49,736 bases of DNA from Anaeramoeba ignava BMAN (lineage: Eukaryota; Protista; Anaeramoebae), in NCBI GenBank assembly GCA_028826165.1, contig JAPDFW010000048.1, positions 1 to 49,736 of the forward strand, in the 5' to 3' direction. Below the pieces are notes generated by a model. It did no database searches. It had not been told where the DNA came from and saw only the letters and a program-made list of their open reading frames with translations. Each line of letters begins with the position of its first letter. The stretch's first letter is position 1. The position numbers and the translations under genes are program-made. This document shows, piece after piece, positions 15,797 to 28,888 of the stretch.

Positions 15797-17604
15797 TTAA
15801 TTTTGATTTTGGTTTTGATTATTAAATTTCCTAACTAATAAATCAAATAAATTTGGATTTGTTTGATTTAATTGAAAATAATCAATTCCAGTTTCAAGTT
15901 CATCAATAATTTCTTGTGTAATTTGAATTTCATTTTTAATTTGATTTGAATAAATCCAATATTCAAATATTTGAAATGATTTATTACTTAATTCACTATA
16001 ATCTCTAACTTTATTAGAAGTATCATCAGTTACAGATAAAAACATTCCTCGATATAATTCACTTCTCATTATTAATATTAATTTAGGAAATTTATATTGT
16101 TTTTCTTTTCTTTCAATAATAAAATCTTTTTCATTTTCATTTTCATTTAAATAAATTCTTTTCATTGTTTCTTCTATTTTTTCATTTGAATTTATAATTT
16201 CTTTAATTTCATAATATAATTCTGGATTTATTATTCTGTTTGAATAAATCATTTCAAATATTTGATTTGATTCTTGAATTGATTTATTTGAAATAATTTC
16301 TTGAAGTTTTTCAATTTGATTTTCATTTTGATTTTGATTTAATCTATATTTCAATATTAATTTATGAGCTTCAATTATTTCTCCATTTTTGGTTTTAAAT
16401 GAAATATTACAAAATTCTTTTTTTTCAAATAATTTTATCAAATCTTCTTCAAGATTGGAAAAAGAAGGAGAAGAATAATAAAGAAATGAATTGTAATATC
16501 CACAAGAAACATGATAATTAGAAATATCTTCATTAAATCTTAATTCAGGAAGTTCAATTTGAATAGGAATTGATTGATTTTTGTATCTCCAGTTCCTAAT
16601 TGACCATGAGAATTATTCCCAAATCCGATCATCTTCTCTTTTGTTGTTAAAATCAAAGTATGATTACTCCCAACAGAAAAATCAAGAATATTATCATCAT
16701 TTTCAAATAAAGATGATTTGATTTCAGTAAATTCATAAGTATCTTCATTTTTGCCAAGTCCATTATTTTCATGATATCCACATGAATAAAGTTTTCTTTT
16801 TGAATTTTCATTTTCATTTTCAATCAACATTATTGAATGAGAATATCCACATTGAATATCAATTATTTTGCCTTTTGGAATATTTTGGATTTTGGTTAAT
16901 TTTTCAGTTAATGCTTCTTTTCTTGATTTTCTTAATCCAAGTTGACCAAATCTATTATCACCACATCCAAATAATTCTTGATTTGAATTTAAAAAAAAAG
17001 CGCGAAGTGAATCATTTCCTGAAAATATTTTAGAAACATTTTTCATTATTAAAATTGGTTTTTCTGTTTTTTTAAGTGTTTTAGAATCAATAACAAGTTG
17101 ACCCCAACCATTTGAACCAATTCCATAAACATTTTGATTTGAAGTTAATAAGTAAATTGCATTTAATCCAGAAACAATATCTTCAATTATTCTATCATTT
17201 TTATCTTCAATTAATGATGAAATATTGATGAATTCTTTTCGATGTTTTCTAATAATATCTTTTCCTTTGGCAAATACATTTCCTTCTTTTGTTAAAATAG
17301 ATACATTTCTAATACCAGCAGTTACTTTTTGAATATTTTCAATTTGGATTTTTGAAGGATTTTGTTTTGAATCATTTTCATGTGGATATTCTATTGCTTT
17401 TCCATTTTTAAAAAGGAAAATTGTTGAAAATTCTGATATTAAAATTTGTTTAATTTGTTTTTCATTTTCATTTTCATTTTCATTTTCATTTTCATTTTCA
17501 TTTTCATTTTCAAATTTAAATTGAATTGGTTTTGTTATTTTTTCTAGTTCATTTTTAAAAAGTTTTCGTTCTTTATTTAAACCAAAAAATAAACTTTCAT
17601 TCAT
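15797..17604 (-). CDS. RCC1 + tandem BTB protein, copy 2 (1-nt frameshift near 16580; sequencing error or pseudogene)
   Basis: ORFs 16540-17604 and 15797-16441 are collinear with copy 1. The A-run in ACA AAA AAT CAA is one base shorter than in copy 4. Confidence 0.8.
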
Positions 17605-17753
17605 TTTTAAAAAGAAAAAAATGAATTTTTAATTTTCGAATTTCCAATTTCATTATTAATTTTTTTTTCGAATTTCCAATTTCATTATTAATTTTTTATT
17701 CGAATTTCCAATTTTTTAATTTTAATTTTTAATTTTGATTTTGATTTTAATTA

Positions 17754-19574
17754 TTAAAAAATTAAACAATCACTTTTCTTTTTTTGATTTTGATTATTAA
17801 ATTTGTTAATTAATAAATCAAATAAATTTGGATTTGTTTGATTTAATTGAAAATAATCAATTCCAATTTGAATTTCATTAATTATTTGTTGTGTAATTTG
17901 AATATCATCTTTAATTTGATTTGAATAAATCCAATATTCAAATATTTGAAATGATTTATTACTTAATTCACTATAATCTGTAACTTTATTAGAAGTATCA
18001 TCAGTTACAGATAAAAACATTCCTCGATATAATTCACTTCTCATTATTAATATTAATTTTGGAAATTTATATTGTTTTTCTTTTCTTTCAATTATAAAAT
18101 CTTTTCCATTTTCATTTTCATTTAAATAAATTCTTTTCATTGTTTCTTCAATTTTTTCATTTGAATTTATAATTTCTTTAATTTCAGAATATAATTTTGG
18201 ATTTATTTTGGAATTGTTTGAATAAATCATTTCAAATATTTGATTTGATTCTTTAATTGATTTTTTTGAAATAATTTCTTGAAGTTTTTCAATTTGATTT
18301 TCATTTTGATTTTGATTTAATCTATATTTCAATATTAATTTATGAGCTTCAATTATTTCTCCATTTTCTGGTTTTAAATGAAATATTACAAAATTCTTTT
18401 CTTTCAAATAATTTTATCAAATCTTCTTCAATATTAGAAAAAGGAGAAAGAAAAGGAGAATAATAAAGAAATGATTTGTTAAATCCACAATAAATATGAT
18501 AATTGAAAATATCTTCATTAAATCTTAATTTAGGAAGTTCAATTTTAATAGGAATTTGTTGATTATTTCTATCTCTAGTTCCTAATTGTGCCCAAGAATT
18601 ACTTCCAAATCCGATTAATTTTGGTTTGGAAGTTAAAATCAAAGTATGATCACTACCACAAGAAATTTCAAGAATATAATCATCATTTTCAAATAAAGAT
18701 GATTTGATTTCAGTAAATTCATAGGTATTTGTGCCAAGTCCATTATATAGAGAAAATCCGCATGAATAAAGTTTTCTTTTTGGATTTTCATTTTGATTTT
18801 CATTTTCAATCAACATTATTGAATGATAATATCCTGTTTGAATATCAATTATTTTGCCTTTTGGAATATTTTGGATTTTGGTTAATTTATTGATTTCTTT
18901 TTCTTCTGTTGATTCTCCTAATCCAAGTTGACCAAATCTATTATCACCACATCCAAATAATTCTTGATTTGAATTCAAAAGAAAAACGTGATATGAATTG
19001 TTTCCTGAAAATATTTTAGAAACATTTTTCATCATTAAAATTGGTTTTTCTGTTATTTCAAATGTTTCAGAATCAAAACCAAGTTGACCATCGAAATTTG
19101 AACCAATTCCATAAACGTTTTGATTTGAAGTTAATAAGTAAATTGAATTAGCTCCAGAAACAATATCTTGAATTATTCTATCATTTTTATCTTCAATTAA
19201 TGATGAAATATTGATAAATTCATTTGGATTATTTGGATTAATATCTTTTCCTTTAGCAAATAGATTTCCTTCTTTTGTTAAAATAACTTCATTTTCATGA
19301 CCAACAGTTACTTTTTGAATATTTTCTTCAATTTGGATTTTTTCAGGTTTTGGATTTGAATCGTCTTTATTTAAATATTCTATTGCTTTTCCATTTTCAA
19401 AAAGGAAAATTGTTCCAAAATTTCCTGTTGAAATTTGTTTAATTTGTTTTGTTTTTCATTTTCATTTTCATTTTCATTTTCAAATTTAAATTGAATTGGT
19501 TTTGTTATTTTATCTGGTTCATTTTTAATAAGAATTGGATATTTATTTCTTCCAAAAAATAAAATTTCATTCAT
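17754..19574 (-). CDS. RCC1 + tandem BTB protein, copy 3 (frameshifts near 19450 and 18370; C-terminal KKKSDCLIF); possibly a pseudogene
   Basis: Three ORF pieces are collinear with the paralogues. There is a 5-nt insertion at ~19447-19451 and a 1-nt insertion at ~18369. Confidence 0.75.
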
Positions 19575-20166
19575 TTTTGAAAAGAAAAAAAATGAAAAAA
19601 ATAATTTTTGGATTTTTAATTTTAATTTTAATTTTAATTTTTAATTTTTAATTTTAATTTTGATTTTAATTTTAATTTTAATTTTAATTTTTAATTTTAA
19701 TTTTAATTTTGATTTTAATTTTAATTTTGATTTTGATTTTGATTTTGATTTTAATTTTGATTTTAATTTTAATTTTAATTTTAATTTTAATTTTGATTTT
19801 AATTTTGATTTTTAATTTTAATTTTAATTTTAATTTTAATTTTAATTTTTAATTTTAATTTTGATTTTAATTTTAATTTTAATTTTAATTTTAATTTTAA
19901 TTTTATTTTTAATTTTAATTTTAATTTTAATTTTAATTTTAATTTTAATTTTAATTTTAATTTTAATTTTAATTTTAATTTTAATTTAAATTTTAATTTT
20001 TAATTTTAATTTTGATTTTAATTTTGATTATTTTAATTTTGATTTTGATTTTGATTTTGATTTTGATTTTAATTTTAATTTTTATTTTAATTTTGATTTT
20101 AATTTTAATTTTAAATTTTAATTTTAATTTTAATTTTAATTTTGATTTAAATTTTGATTTTAATTT

Positions 20167-21944
20167 TTAATTTTGGTTATTAAATTTGTTAATTAATAAA
20201 TCCAATAAATTTGGATTTGTTTGATTTAATTGAAAATAATCAATTCCAATTTGAATTTCATTAATTATTTGTTGTGTAATTTGAATATCTTCTTTAATTT
20301 GATTTGAATAAATCCAATATTCAAATATTTGAAATGATTTATTACTTAATTCACTATAATCTGTAACTTTATTTGATTTATCTTCAGTTACAGATAAAAA
20401 CATTCCTCGATATAATTCACTTCTCATTATTAATATTAATTTGGGAAATTTATATTGTTTTTCTTTTCTTTCAATAATAAAATCTTTTTCATTTTCTTTT
20501 TCATTTTCATTTAAATAAATTCTTTTAATTGTTTCTTCAATTTTTTCATTTAAATTTATAATTTCTTTAATTTCAGAATATAATTTTGGATTTATAATTC
20601 TGTTTGAATAAATCATTTCAAATATTTGATTTGATTCTTTAATTGATTTATTTGAAATAATTTCTTGAAGTTTTTCAATTTGATTTTCATTTTGATTTAA
20701 TCTATATTTCAATATTAATTTATGAGCTTCAATTATTTCTCCATTTTCGGTTTTAAATGAAATATCACAAAATTCTTTTCTTCTAAATAGTTTTATCAAA
20801 TCTTCTTCAAGATTGGAAAAAGAAGGAGGAGAATAATAAAGAAATGAATTGAAGTAACCACAAGAAACATGATAATTAGAAATGTCTTCATTAAATCTTA
20901 ATTTGGGAAGTTCAATTTGAATTGGAATTGGTTGATTTTTTGTATCTCCAGTTCCTAATTCACCAAATTCATTATTTCCAAATCCAATTAATTTTGAATT
21001 AGAAGTTAAAATCAAATTATGAGAATATCCAACAGAAAAATCAAGAATATTATCATCATTTTCAAATAAAGATGATTTGATTTCAATAAATTGATCTATA
21101 GTTCGAAGAAAAATTCCAATACCATTTAAGGAACAATCTCCACATGAATAAAGTTTTCTTTCTGGATTTTCATTTTGATTTTCAATCAACATTATTGAAA
21201 AAGAAATTCCACATTTAATATCAATTATTTTGCCTTTTGGAATATTTTGGATTTTGGTTAATTTTTGGATTCTTGTTTCTTCTTTTCTTGATTCTCCTAA
21301 TCCAAGTTGACCATCACTATTATATCCACATCCAAATAATTCTTGATTTGAATTCAAAAGAAAAACATGAAATGAATTGTTTCCTGAAAATATTTTAGAA
21401 ACATTTTTCATCATTAAAATTGGTTTTTCTGTTATTTCAAGTGTTTTAGAATCAAAACCAAGTTGACCATCATAATTAGCACCAATTCCGTAAACATTTT
21501 GATTTGAAGTTAATAAGTAAATTGAACGAGATCCAGAAACAATATCTTGAATTATTCTATCATTTGTATCTTCAATTAATGATGAAATATTGATAAATTC
21601 ATTTGGATTATATGGATTAATATCTTTTCCTTTAGCAAATAGATTTCCTTCTTTTGTTAAAATAGCTTCATTTTGATAACCAACAATTACTTTTTGAATA
21701 TTTTCAATTTGGATTTTTTCAGGATTTTCATTTAAATCTTCATTATTTAAATATTCTATTGCTTTTCCATTTTTAAAAAGGAAAATTGTTGAAAAATAAC
21801 CTGATGAAATTTGTTTAATTTGTTTTTCATTTTCATTTTCATTTTCATTTTCAAATTTAAATTGAATTGGTTTTGTTATTTTAATTGATTCATTTTTATA
21901 AGTTTTGGTTTTATATTTCTTCCAAAAAATAAACAATCATTCAT
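20167..21944 (-). CDS. RCC1 + tandem BTB protein, copy 4 (probable true ATG at 21944; 1-nt deletion near 21895)
   Basis: MNDCLFFGRN at 21944 matches the paralogue starts (MNEILFFG, MNESLFFG). The remainder is ORF 20167-21936. Confidence 0.82.
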
Positions 21945-22108
21945 TTTTGAAAAGAAAAAAATGAAAAAAATAATTTTTGGAATTTTTGATTTTAATTTTG
22001 AATTGAAATGAATTTGAAAAAGAAAAAAAAGAAAAAAAGAATTGATTAATTTTTTGAATTGATTGATTTTTTGAATTGATTGATTTTTTGAATTGATTTT
22101 TCTTTGAA

Positions 22109-25100
22109 TTAATTATCATCATTATCCAAATCAAGATCATCAACTTTGGAATTAATAATATTCTCAGAAACATTTTGAAGAACCAAAAGAATATTCTGGA
22201 AATTAAAAGAATTGAAAATTTCTTGATCATTGAAAATTTTTTGATTAATTGAATCGGAAACTAAATTCTGGATTAATTGGAAAGTTTTTTGTTGAATTTC
22301 AACAAGAATATCAACAGCATGATTTCCAATATTGCGTAAAATTTGGGTTTTTGTTTCGGAAATTTGGTTTTTAATTGAATCTATTCCTTCGCTTTTAAGA
22401 TGAACAAGTGAATCTTGTGAATAATTTTCCAATTTGTTTTGAATTTTATCAAAATATGAAATGAACGATTCACATGTTTTTTGATAATTAGCAACTTCGA
22501 ATATAATTTTTTGATAAATTTCCGATTTTTCTGACAATTTCAAAAAATCCTTCTTTTTCTTTGTTAAATTTTTAAATTCTTTATCTCGAATTAACCAAAA
22601 TTGTTTCAAAATCAATTTTTGCATTTCTGCGAAGTTTTTGAATATAAAATCAAGTAAATCCACGAAAATTTGCTCTCCAATTTCCTTTTTGGAAATGTAT
22701 TTTGAAATCAAACTATCAATTTTTGCTTTTAATTTGTTGATTGTGTTTTTTAAAAAATGGAATATTCCTTCTTTCTTTGATGTTTTTGTTTTGTGATCAA
22801 TGTAATAAATTGGGAAATAAAGTAATGAGAAAAGAAGTGTTTTGAGATCTCGCACAAAGAAGAAAAGCCAATTTTTTGAAAACACTTTCGAAACGATATC
22901 TTTAGGAATTTCGATTTTTTTTGGTTCGAAATTCTATTTAAATTTATTTATAATTTTAATTTTAATTTTTTAATTTTAATTTTTAATTTTAATTTTAATT
23001 TTTAATTTTAATTTTAATTTTAATTTTAATTTTAATTTTAATTTTAATTTTAATTTTAATTTTTAATTTTATAAATGAATTTTAATTTTGATTTTATTTA
23101 TAATTTTAATTTTAATTTTAATTTTAATTTTATAAATGAATTTTAATTTTAATTTTGATTTTAATTTTATAAATGAATTTTAATTTTAATTTTAATTTTA
23201 ATTTTAATTTTATAAATGAATTTTAATTTTAATTTGAATTTTATAAATGAATTTTAATTTTATTTATAATTTAATTTATAATTTTATTTATAATTTTAAT
23301 TTTATAAATGAATTTTAATTTTAATTTTAATTTTAATTTTATAAATGAATTTTAATTACTTTTCCAATTAATTTAATATGACTATCAAGTTCATCTTTCA
23401 AAGATTCACAATTTAATTTAATAGTTTTTGAAACAATATCCAAGAATTGTTTATCATCTAATTGTTCTTCTTTTTGATCTTCAAGTTCATCCCAAGTCAA
23501 ACCGAAACAAAATTCTTTCATAAATTTGATTTCTGATTTAATTTCTTCAGAAACATCTTCAAAATTTTTCAATTCAATTTTATGCTCTTGATTTTTAGCT
23601 TTTTTTTGTATCTTTTTAGGTTCAAAATTTGAATATAAAAAGTTTTTCATCTTTTCTAAAATTGATTGAATAATTTCCGGAAATTGTTCTGTTTCTTTTT
23701 TTGGTATTTTTTCTTCATTCATTTTGAATTTAAGTGATTCATCGGAAAATTTTGTTGTTAATGTGAATTTCGGATTTTTTTTGAATCTTTGAATCAGGAA
23801 AAGTCCAATGTTTAAAAATGCTGAAATAATCGGAACAAGAATCATTTCAAGAAAAAGTAAGAATGTTTCTGTAATAAAGAAAATTGACTAAAAGAAATAT
23901 GAAAAAAATTTATAATTTTAATTATTTTAATTTATAATTTAATAATAATTTAATTTATAATTTTATTTATAATTTATTTATAATTTAATTTATAATTTTA
24001 TTTATTATTTAATTTATAATTTTATTTATAATTTAATTTATAATTTAATTTATAATTTTATTTATAATTTAATTTATAATTTAATTTATAATTTTATTTA
24101 TAATTTTATTTATAATTTTATTTATAATTTAATTTATATTTTTAATTTATAATTTTATTTATAATTTTATTTATAATTTAATTTATTTATAATTTTATTT
24201 ATAATTTTAATTTATAATTTAATTTATATTTTAATTTATAATTTAATTTATAATTTTAATTTATAATTTTAATTTATAATTTAATTTATAATTTTATTTA
24301 TAATTTATTTATAATTTAATTTATAATTTTATTTATAATTTTATTTATAATTTTATTTATAATTTTAATTTATAATTTTTATTTTAATTTATAATTTATT
24401 TTTAATTTGTTTAATTTAATTTATAATTTTAATTTATAATTTAATTTATAATTTATTTATAATTTTATTTATAATTTAATTTATAATTTTAATTTATATT
24501 TATTTAATTTATAATTTTAATTTTATAATTTTATTTATAATTTTTATTTATAATTTTAATTTATAATTTATTTTATAATTTTTATTTATAATTTTATTTA
24601 TGTTTTTATTTATAATTTTATTTATAATTTTTAATTTTATTTAATTTTATTTATAATTTTATTTATAATTTTATTTATTATTTTATTTATAATTTTATTT
24701 ATAATTTTATTTATAATTTTATTTATAATTTTATTTATAATTTTATTTATAATTTTTATTTATAATTTTATTTATAATTTTAATTTATTATTTTATTTAT
24801 AATTTTATTTATAATTTTATTTATAATTTTATTTATAATTTTTATTTATATTTTATTTTTATTTTTTATTTATAATTTTATTTATATTTTTATTTATAAT
24901 TTAATTTATATTTTTATTTATAATTTAATTTATAATTTTATTTATAATTTTAATTTATAATTTTTATTTATAATTTTATTTATAATTTTAATTTATAATT
25001 TAATTTATAATTTTTATTTATAATTTAATTTATAATTTAATTTATTTATTTAATTTTAATTTTATTTTTTTAATTTTAATTTATAATTTTTATTTATAAT

Positions 25101-27206
25101 TTTATTTATAATTTAATTTTAATTTAATTTTATAATTTATTTATAATTTAATTTATAATTTTAATTTATAATTTTAATTTATTTTAATTTTATTTTTATT
25201 TATATTTTTATTTATAATTTTAATTTATAATTTTATTTATAATTTTATTTATAATTTTAATTTATAATTTTTATTTATATTTTTAATTTATATTTTAATT
25301 TATTTTTTATTTATTATTTTATTTTTATTTTTTTATTTTTTTATTTTTTTTTATTTTTTATTTTTTTTTAATTTATAATTTTATTTATTTTTTTAATTTA
25401 TAATTTTATTTATAATTTTAATTTATATTTTTAATTTATAATTTAATTTATATTTTTAATTTATAATTTTATTTTTTATTTTTATTTATAATTTATTTTA
25501 TAATTTAATTTATTATTTAATTTATATTTTTTTATTTATAATTTTATTTATAATTTTATTTATAATTTTAATTTATAATTTTATTTATAATTTATAATTT
25601 AATTTATAATTTTATTTATAATTTTATTTATAATTTTAATTTATAATTTAATTTTATAATTTAATTTATAATTTTATTTATAATTTTATTTATAATTTTA
25701 TTTATAATTTTTAATTTATAATTTTTATTTATAATTTTTATTTATAATTTTATTTTTTAATTTATAATTTTATTTATAATTTTTATTTTATAATTTAATT
25801 TATAATTTTATTTATAATTTTAATTTATAATTTAATTTTATTTATAATTTTATTTATAATAATTTTATTTATAATTTTATTTATAAATTTATATTTATAA
25901 TTTTTTTTTATAATTTTTATTTATAATTTTATTTATAATTTAATTTATAATTTAATTTATAATTTAATTTATAATTTAATTTTATTAATTTTTATTTAAT
26001 TATTTTTTAATTTTAATTTACTTAATTTTTTAATGATGAAAAACAAAAAGCAAAAACAAAATTTAAAATTTAAATTTATAATTTTAATTTTTATAAAGTT
26101 TAAGGATTTAAATTTATTTTCCATTTTTGATTTATTTTTTCTTTTAATTTTATTTTTTTAATTTTATTTTTCATTTTCATTTTTTTAATTTTTGATCAAT
26201 AATATTTTCGTTTTATAATTTAAATTTATAATTTTAATTTAATTAATTTAAATTTATAATTTTATTTATAATTTTAATTTATCGATTTAATTTATAAGAA
26301 AAATTTTAAAATTTGAAAAATTTATAATTTTAATTTTTTATTTAATTTTTATTTAAAATTTTATTTATAATTTTATTTATAATTTTATTTATAATTTTTA
26401 TTTTTATAATTTTTTTTTATAATTTTATTTGGAATATTTAAAAAGAAGAATTAAATAAATTTTTAATTTAATAATTTAATTTTTAATTTTATTTTTTTTT
26501 AATTTTATTGATTTTAATTTTTATTAATTGAATTTTTATTTGAATATTTGAAATTAAAGAAATATCAATTTCAATTTTTCCATCTTTATTTCTAATTTAT
26601 AATTTAGAATTTATAATTCAATTTTATAATTAAAATTTATGAAAAAGCAAAAAGTGGAATAAAAACCAAAAATTTTTAATTTTATTTTTACCTTTTATTT
26701 TTAATTTTATTTATTTTTTTTTTTTTGATTAAGTTTATTTAGAAAATTTAAATTTAAATTTTTTAATTTATTTTTTTTCATTTTTAATTTTATTTATTTT
26801 TCAATTATTTTTTTTTTTTTTGTTTTATTTATCATTTTCATTTTCATTTAATTTTATTTTTAATTTTAATTTATAATTTTGATTTTGATTTTGATTTTTA
26901 TTTATAATTTTGATTTATAATTTTAATTTTAATTTTAATTTTAATTTAATTTTTAATTTATAATTTGAATTTGTTAATTTTATTTTGAAATGATGAAAAT
27001 TTTCAAAAACAAAAACAAAAACAAACTTTAAAAATTAAATTTGAATTTCTAATTTTTTGATAAAGTTGAATTAAGGAATTAAATGTATTTTCCATTTTTT
27101 TGATTCTTTCTTTGTTTTCTTTTGTAACTTTTTCTTTTTGTTTTTCATTTTCATTTTCATTTTCATTTTCTTTTTGATCAATAATATTTTCGTTTTTTTG
27201 TGACAT
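22109..27206 (-). CDS. Hypothetical helical/coiled-coil protein with hydrophobic segments (~510 aa)
   Basis: Exons 27206-27027, 23887-23360 and 22933-22109 are joined by phase-0 GT-AG introns (FK|gtttgt...ttttag|SIFF; IGK|gtaatt...aatag|NFEP). No family recognised, and exons could be hidden in the 3.1-kb first intron. Confidence 0.6.
23900..26020. repeat. Degenerate (TTTTATTTATAA)n array, ~2.1 kb, intronic
   Basis: Direct inspection; almost devoid of G/C. Confidence 0.9.
26020..26900. other. Degraded collinear duplicate ('ghost copy') of ~26990-27950
   Basis: Shared strings in the same order, e.g. tttgatcaataatattttcg (~26191 vs ~27173), tgaatatttgaaattaaagaaatatcaatttcaatttttccatctt (~26541 vs ~27572) and aaagtggaataaaaa. 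Confidence 0.75.
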
Positions 27207-27340
27207 TTAAAAAAAAAATATAAGAAAAAAATAATTCAATTAAAGAAAGAAAGAAGAAATAAAGTAAGAATGAAATTAATTATCGATTTTGAAAAGAAAA
27301 AAATGAAAAAAAAAAATTTTTTTAATTTTTAATTTTTAAT

Positions 27341-27853
27341 TTAATTTTTATTTCCAAAAAATTCTCTTAATTTTTGAATAGAAAATTTAAAAACTGAGTA
27401 ATTAATTCCTTTCATACATTTCATTGAAACAGCTTTTAATTGGAACTAAAATAAAAAAAAAGAAGAATTAAATAAATTTTTAATAATAAAAAAAACAACT
27501 TTTTTTTTACTTGATTTTCATTTTTTTTATAAAAAATTCCATTGATTTGATAATATTCATGAATTTTTATTTGAATATTTGAAATTAAAGAAATATCAAT
27601 TTCAATTTTTCCATCTTCAGTTCTAATTTGTGCAGAATTATCAGTTAAATCAATTAAAAATAATCTAAAAAAATTAATGAAAAAAAAAAGCAAAAAAAAA
27701 AAAGTGGAATAAAAAAAAAAACCAAAAAAAATTTTTTAAACTTATTTTTTTTTACCTTCCAAGAATTTGAATTCTTTCTCTTTCTTTAATTTGATTAAGT
27801 TCATTTAGAAAAATAAATTTAAAAGAATTTTCAGAATTTCTTTTTTTCTTCAT
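27341..27853 (-). CDS. TEN1: CST complex subunit TEN1-like small OB-fold protein (~118 aa)
   Basis: Exons 27853-27756, 27664-27511 and 27445-27341 give MKKKRNSENSFKFIFLNELNQIKERERIQILGRLFLIDLTDNSAQIRTEDGKIEIDISLISNIQIKIHEYYQINGIFYKKNENQFQLKAVSMKCMKGINYSVFKFSIQKLREFFGNKN. Size and pattern (xGRL..D, YQxxG, LKA...C..G.N...F...I..LR.F) resemble plant and animal TEN1 as I recall them. Confidence 0.68.
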
Positions 27854-27919
27854 TTTTTGAATAAAGATTTCATTTTTTTCAATTTCTTTTGTTTTTCTTC
27901 TTTTGTTTTCAAATAAATC

Positions 27920-28310
27920 ATTTTCATTTTCATTTTGATTTTCATTTTGATTTTGATTTTGATTTTGATTTTGATTTTGATTTTGATTTTGATTTTGATT
28001 TTCATTTTGATTTTGATTTTGATTTTGATTTTGATTTTGATTTTGATTTTGATTTTGATTTTGATTTTGATTTTGATTTTGATTTTCTAATTGATTTTGA
28101 TTTTGATTTTGATTTTGATTTTGATTTTCAATTTGATTTTGATTTTGATTTTGATTTTAGATTTAGATTTTGATTTTGATTTTGATTTTGATTTTGATTT
28201 TCATTTTCATTTTGACTTTGATTTTGATTTTGATTTTGATTTTGATTTTGATTTTGATTTTGATTTTGATTTTCATTTTGATTTTCATTTTAATTTTGAT
28301 TTTCATTTTA
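27920..28310. repeat. (TTTTGA)n microsatellite, intergenic
   Basis: Direct inspection. Confidence 0.95.
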
Positions 28311-28888
28311 TTTAAATTTGATTTTCCATAAAATTTTTTATTTTCTTTTTCATTTTTCATTCAACATTTTCATTTTATTTTTTTAAAAATTTTGAAAAAC
28401 AAAAATAAAAATTTTTTTAAAATTTGAATTCTTAAACAATAAAATTTTGAATTTTAAAATTTTACAAACATTTGAAAAGTTCTTAATGAAAAATTTAAAA
28501 TTAAAAACAAATTCAAAAAAATTTAAATTTGAAAAAGCAATTTTAATTGAAATTAAATTTTGAAAAAGAAAATTTATTACAAACATTTGAATAAGTTTGT
28601 AAAAAAAAAAAGAGAGAGAAAATTTTTAATTCATACTGAAGAATTTTTTAAATCAAAAGAAATCATAAATTTGAAAAAAAAAGCAAAATTAAATGAAATT
28701 AAAAAAATGAAAAAAGAAAAAAAGTGAAAAAAAAGTGAAAAAAAAACAAATTGAATGTTTGCTCTGAAAATAAGAGATAAAATTAAGATTTTTTGAAGAA
28801 AATCAATTCACATGAAATGATATTGAAAATTGAAAATTGAAAATTTTGGATAAATTGGAATACAAACGTAAAATTGAATGAAAATTTA

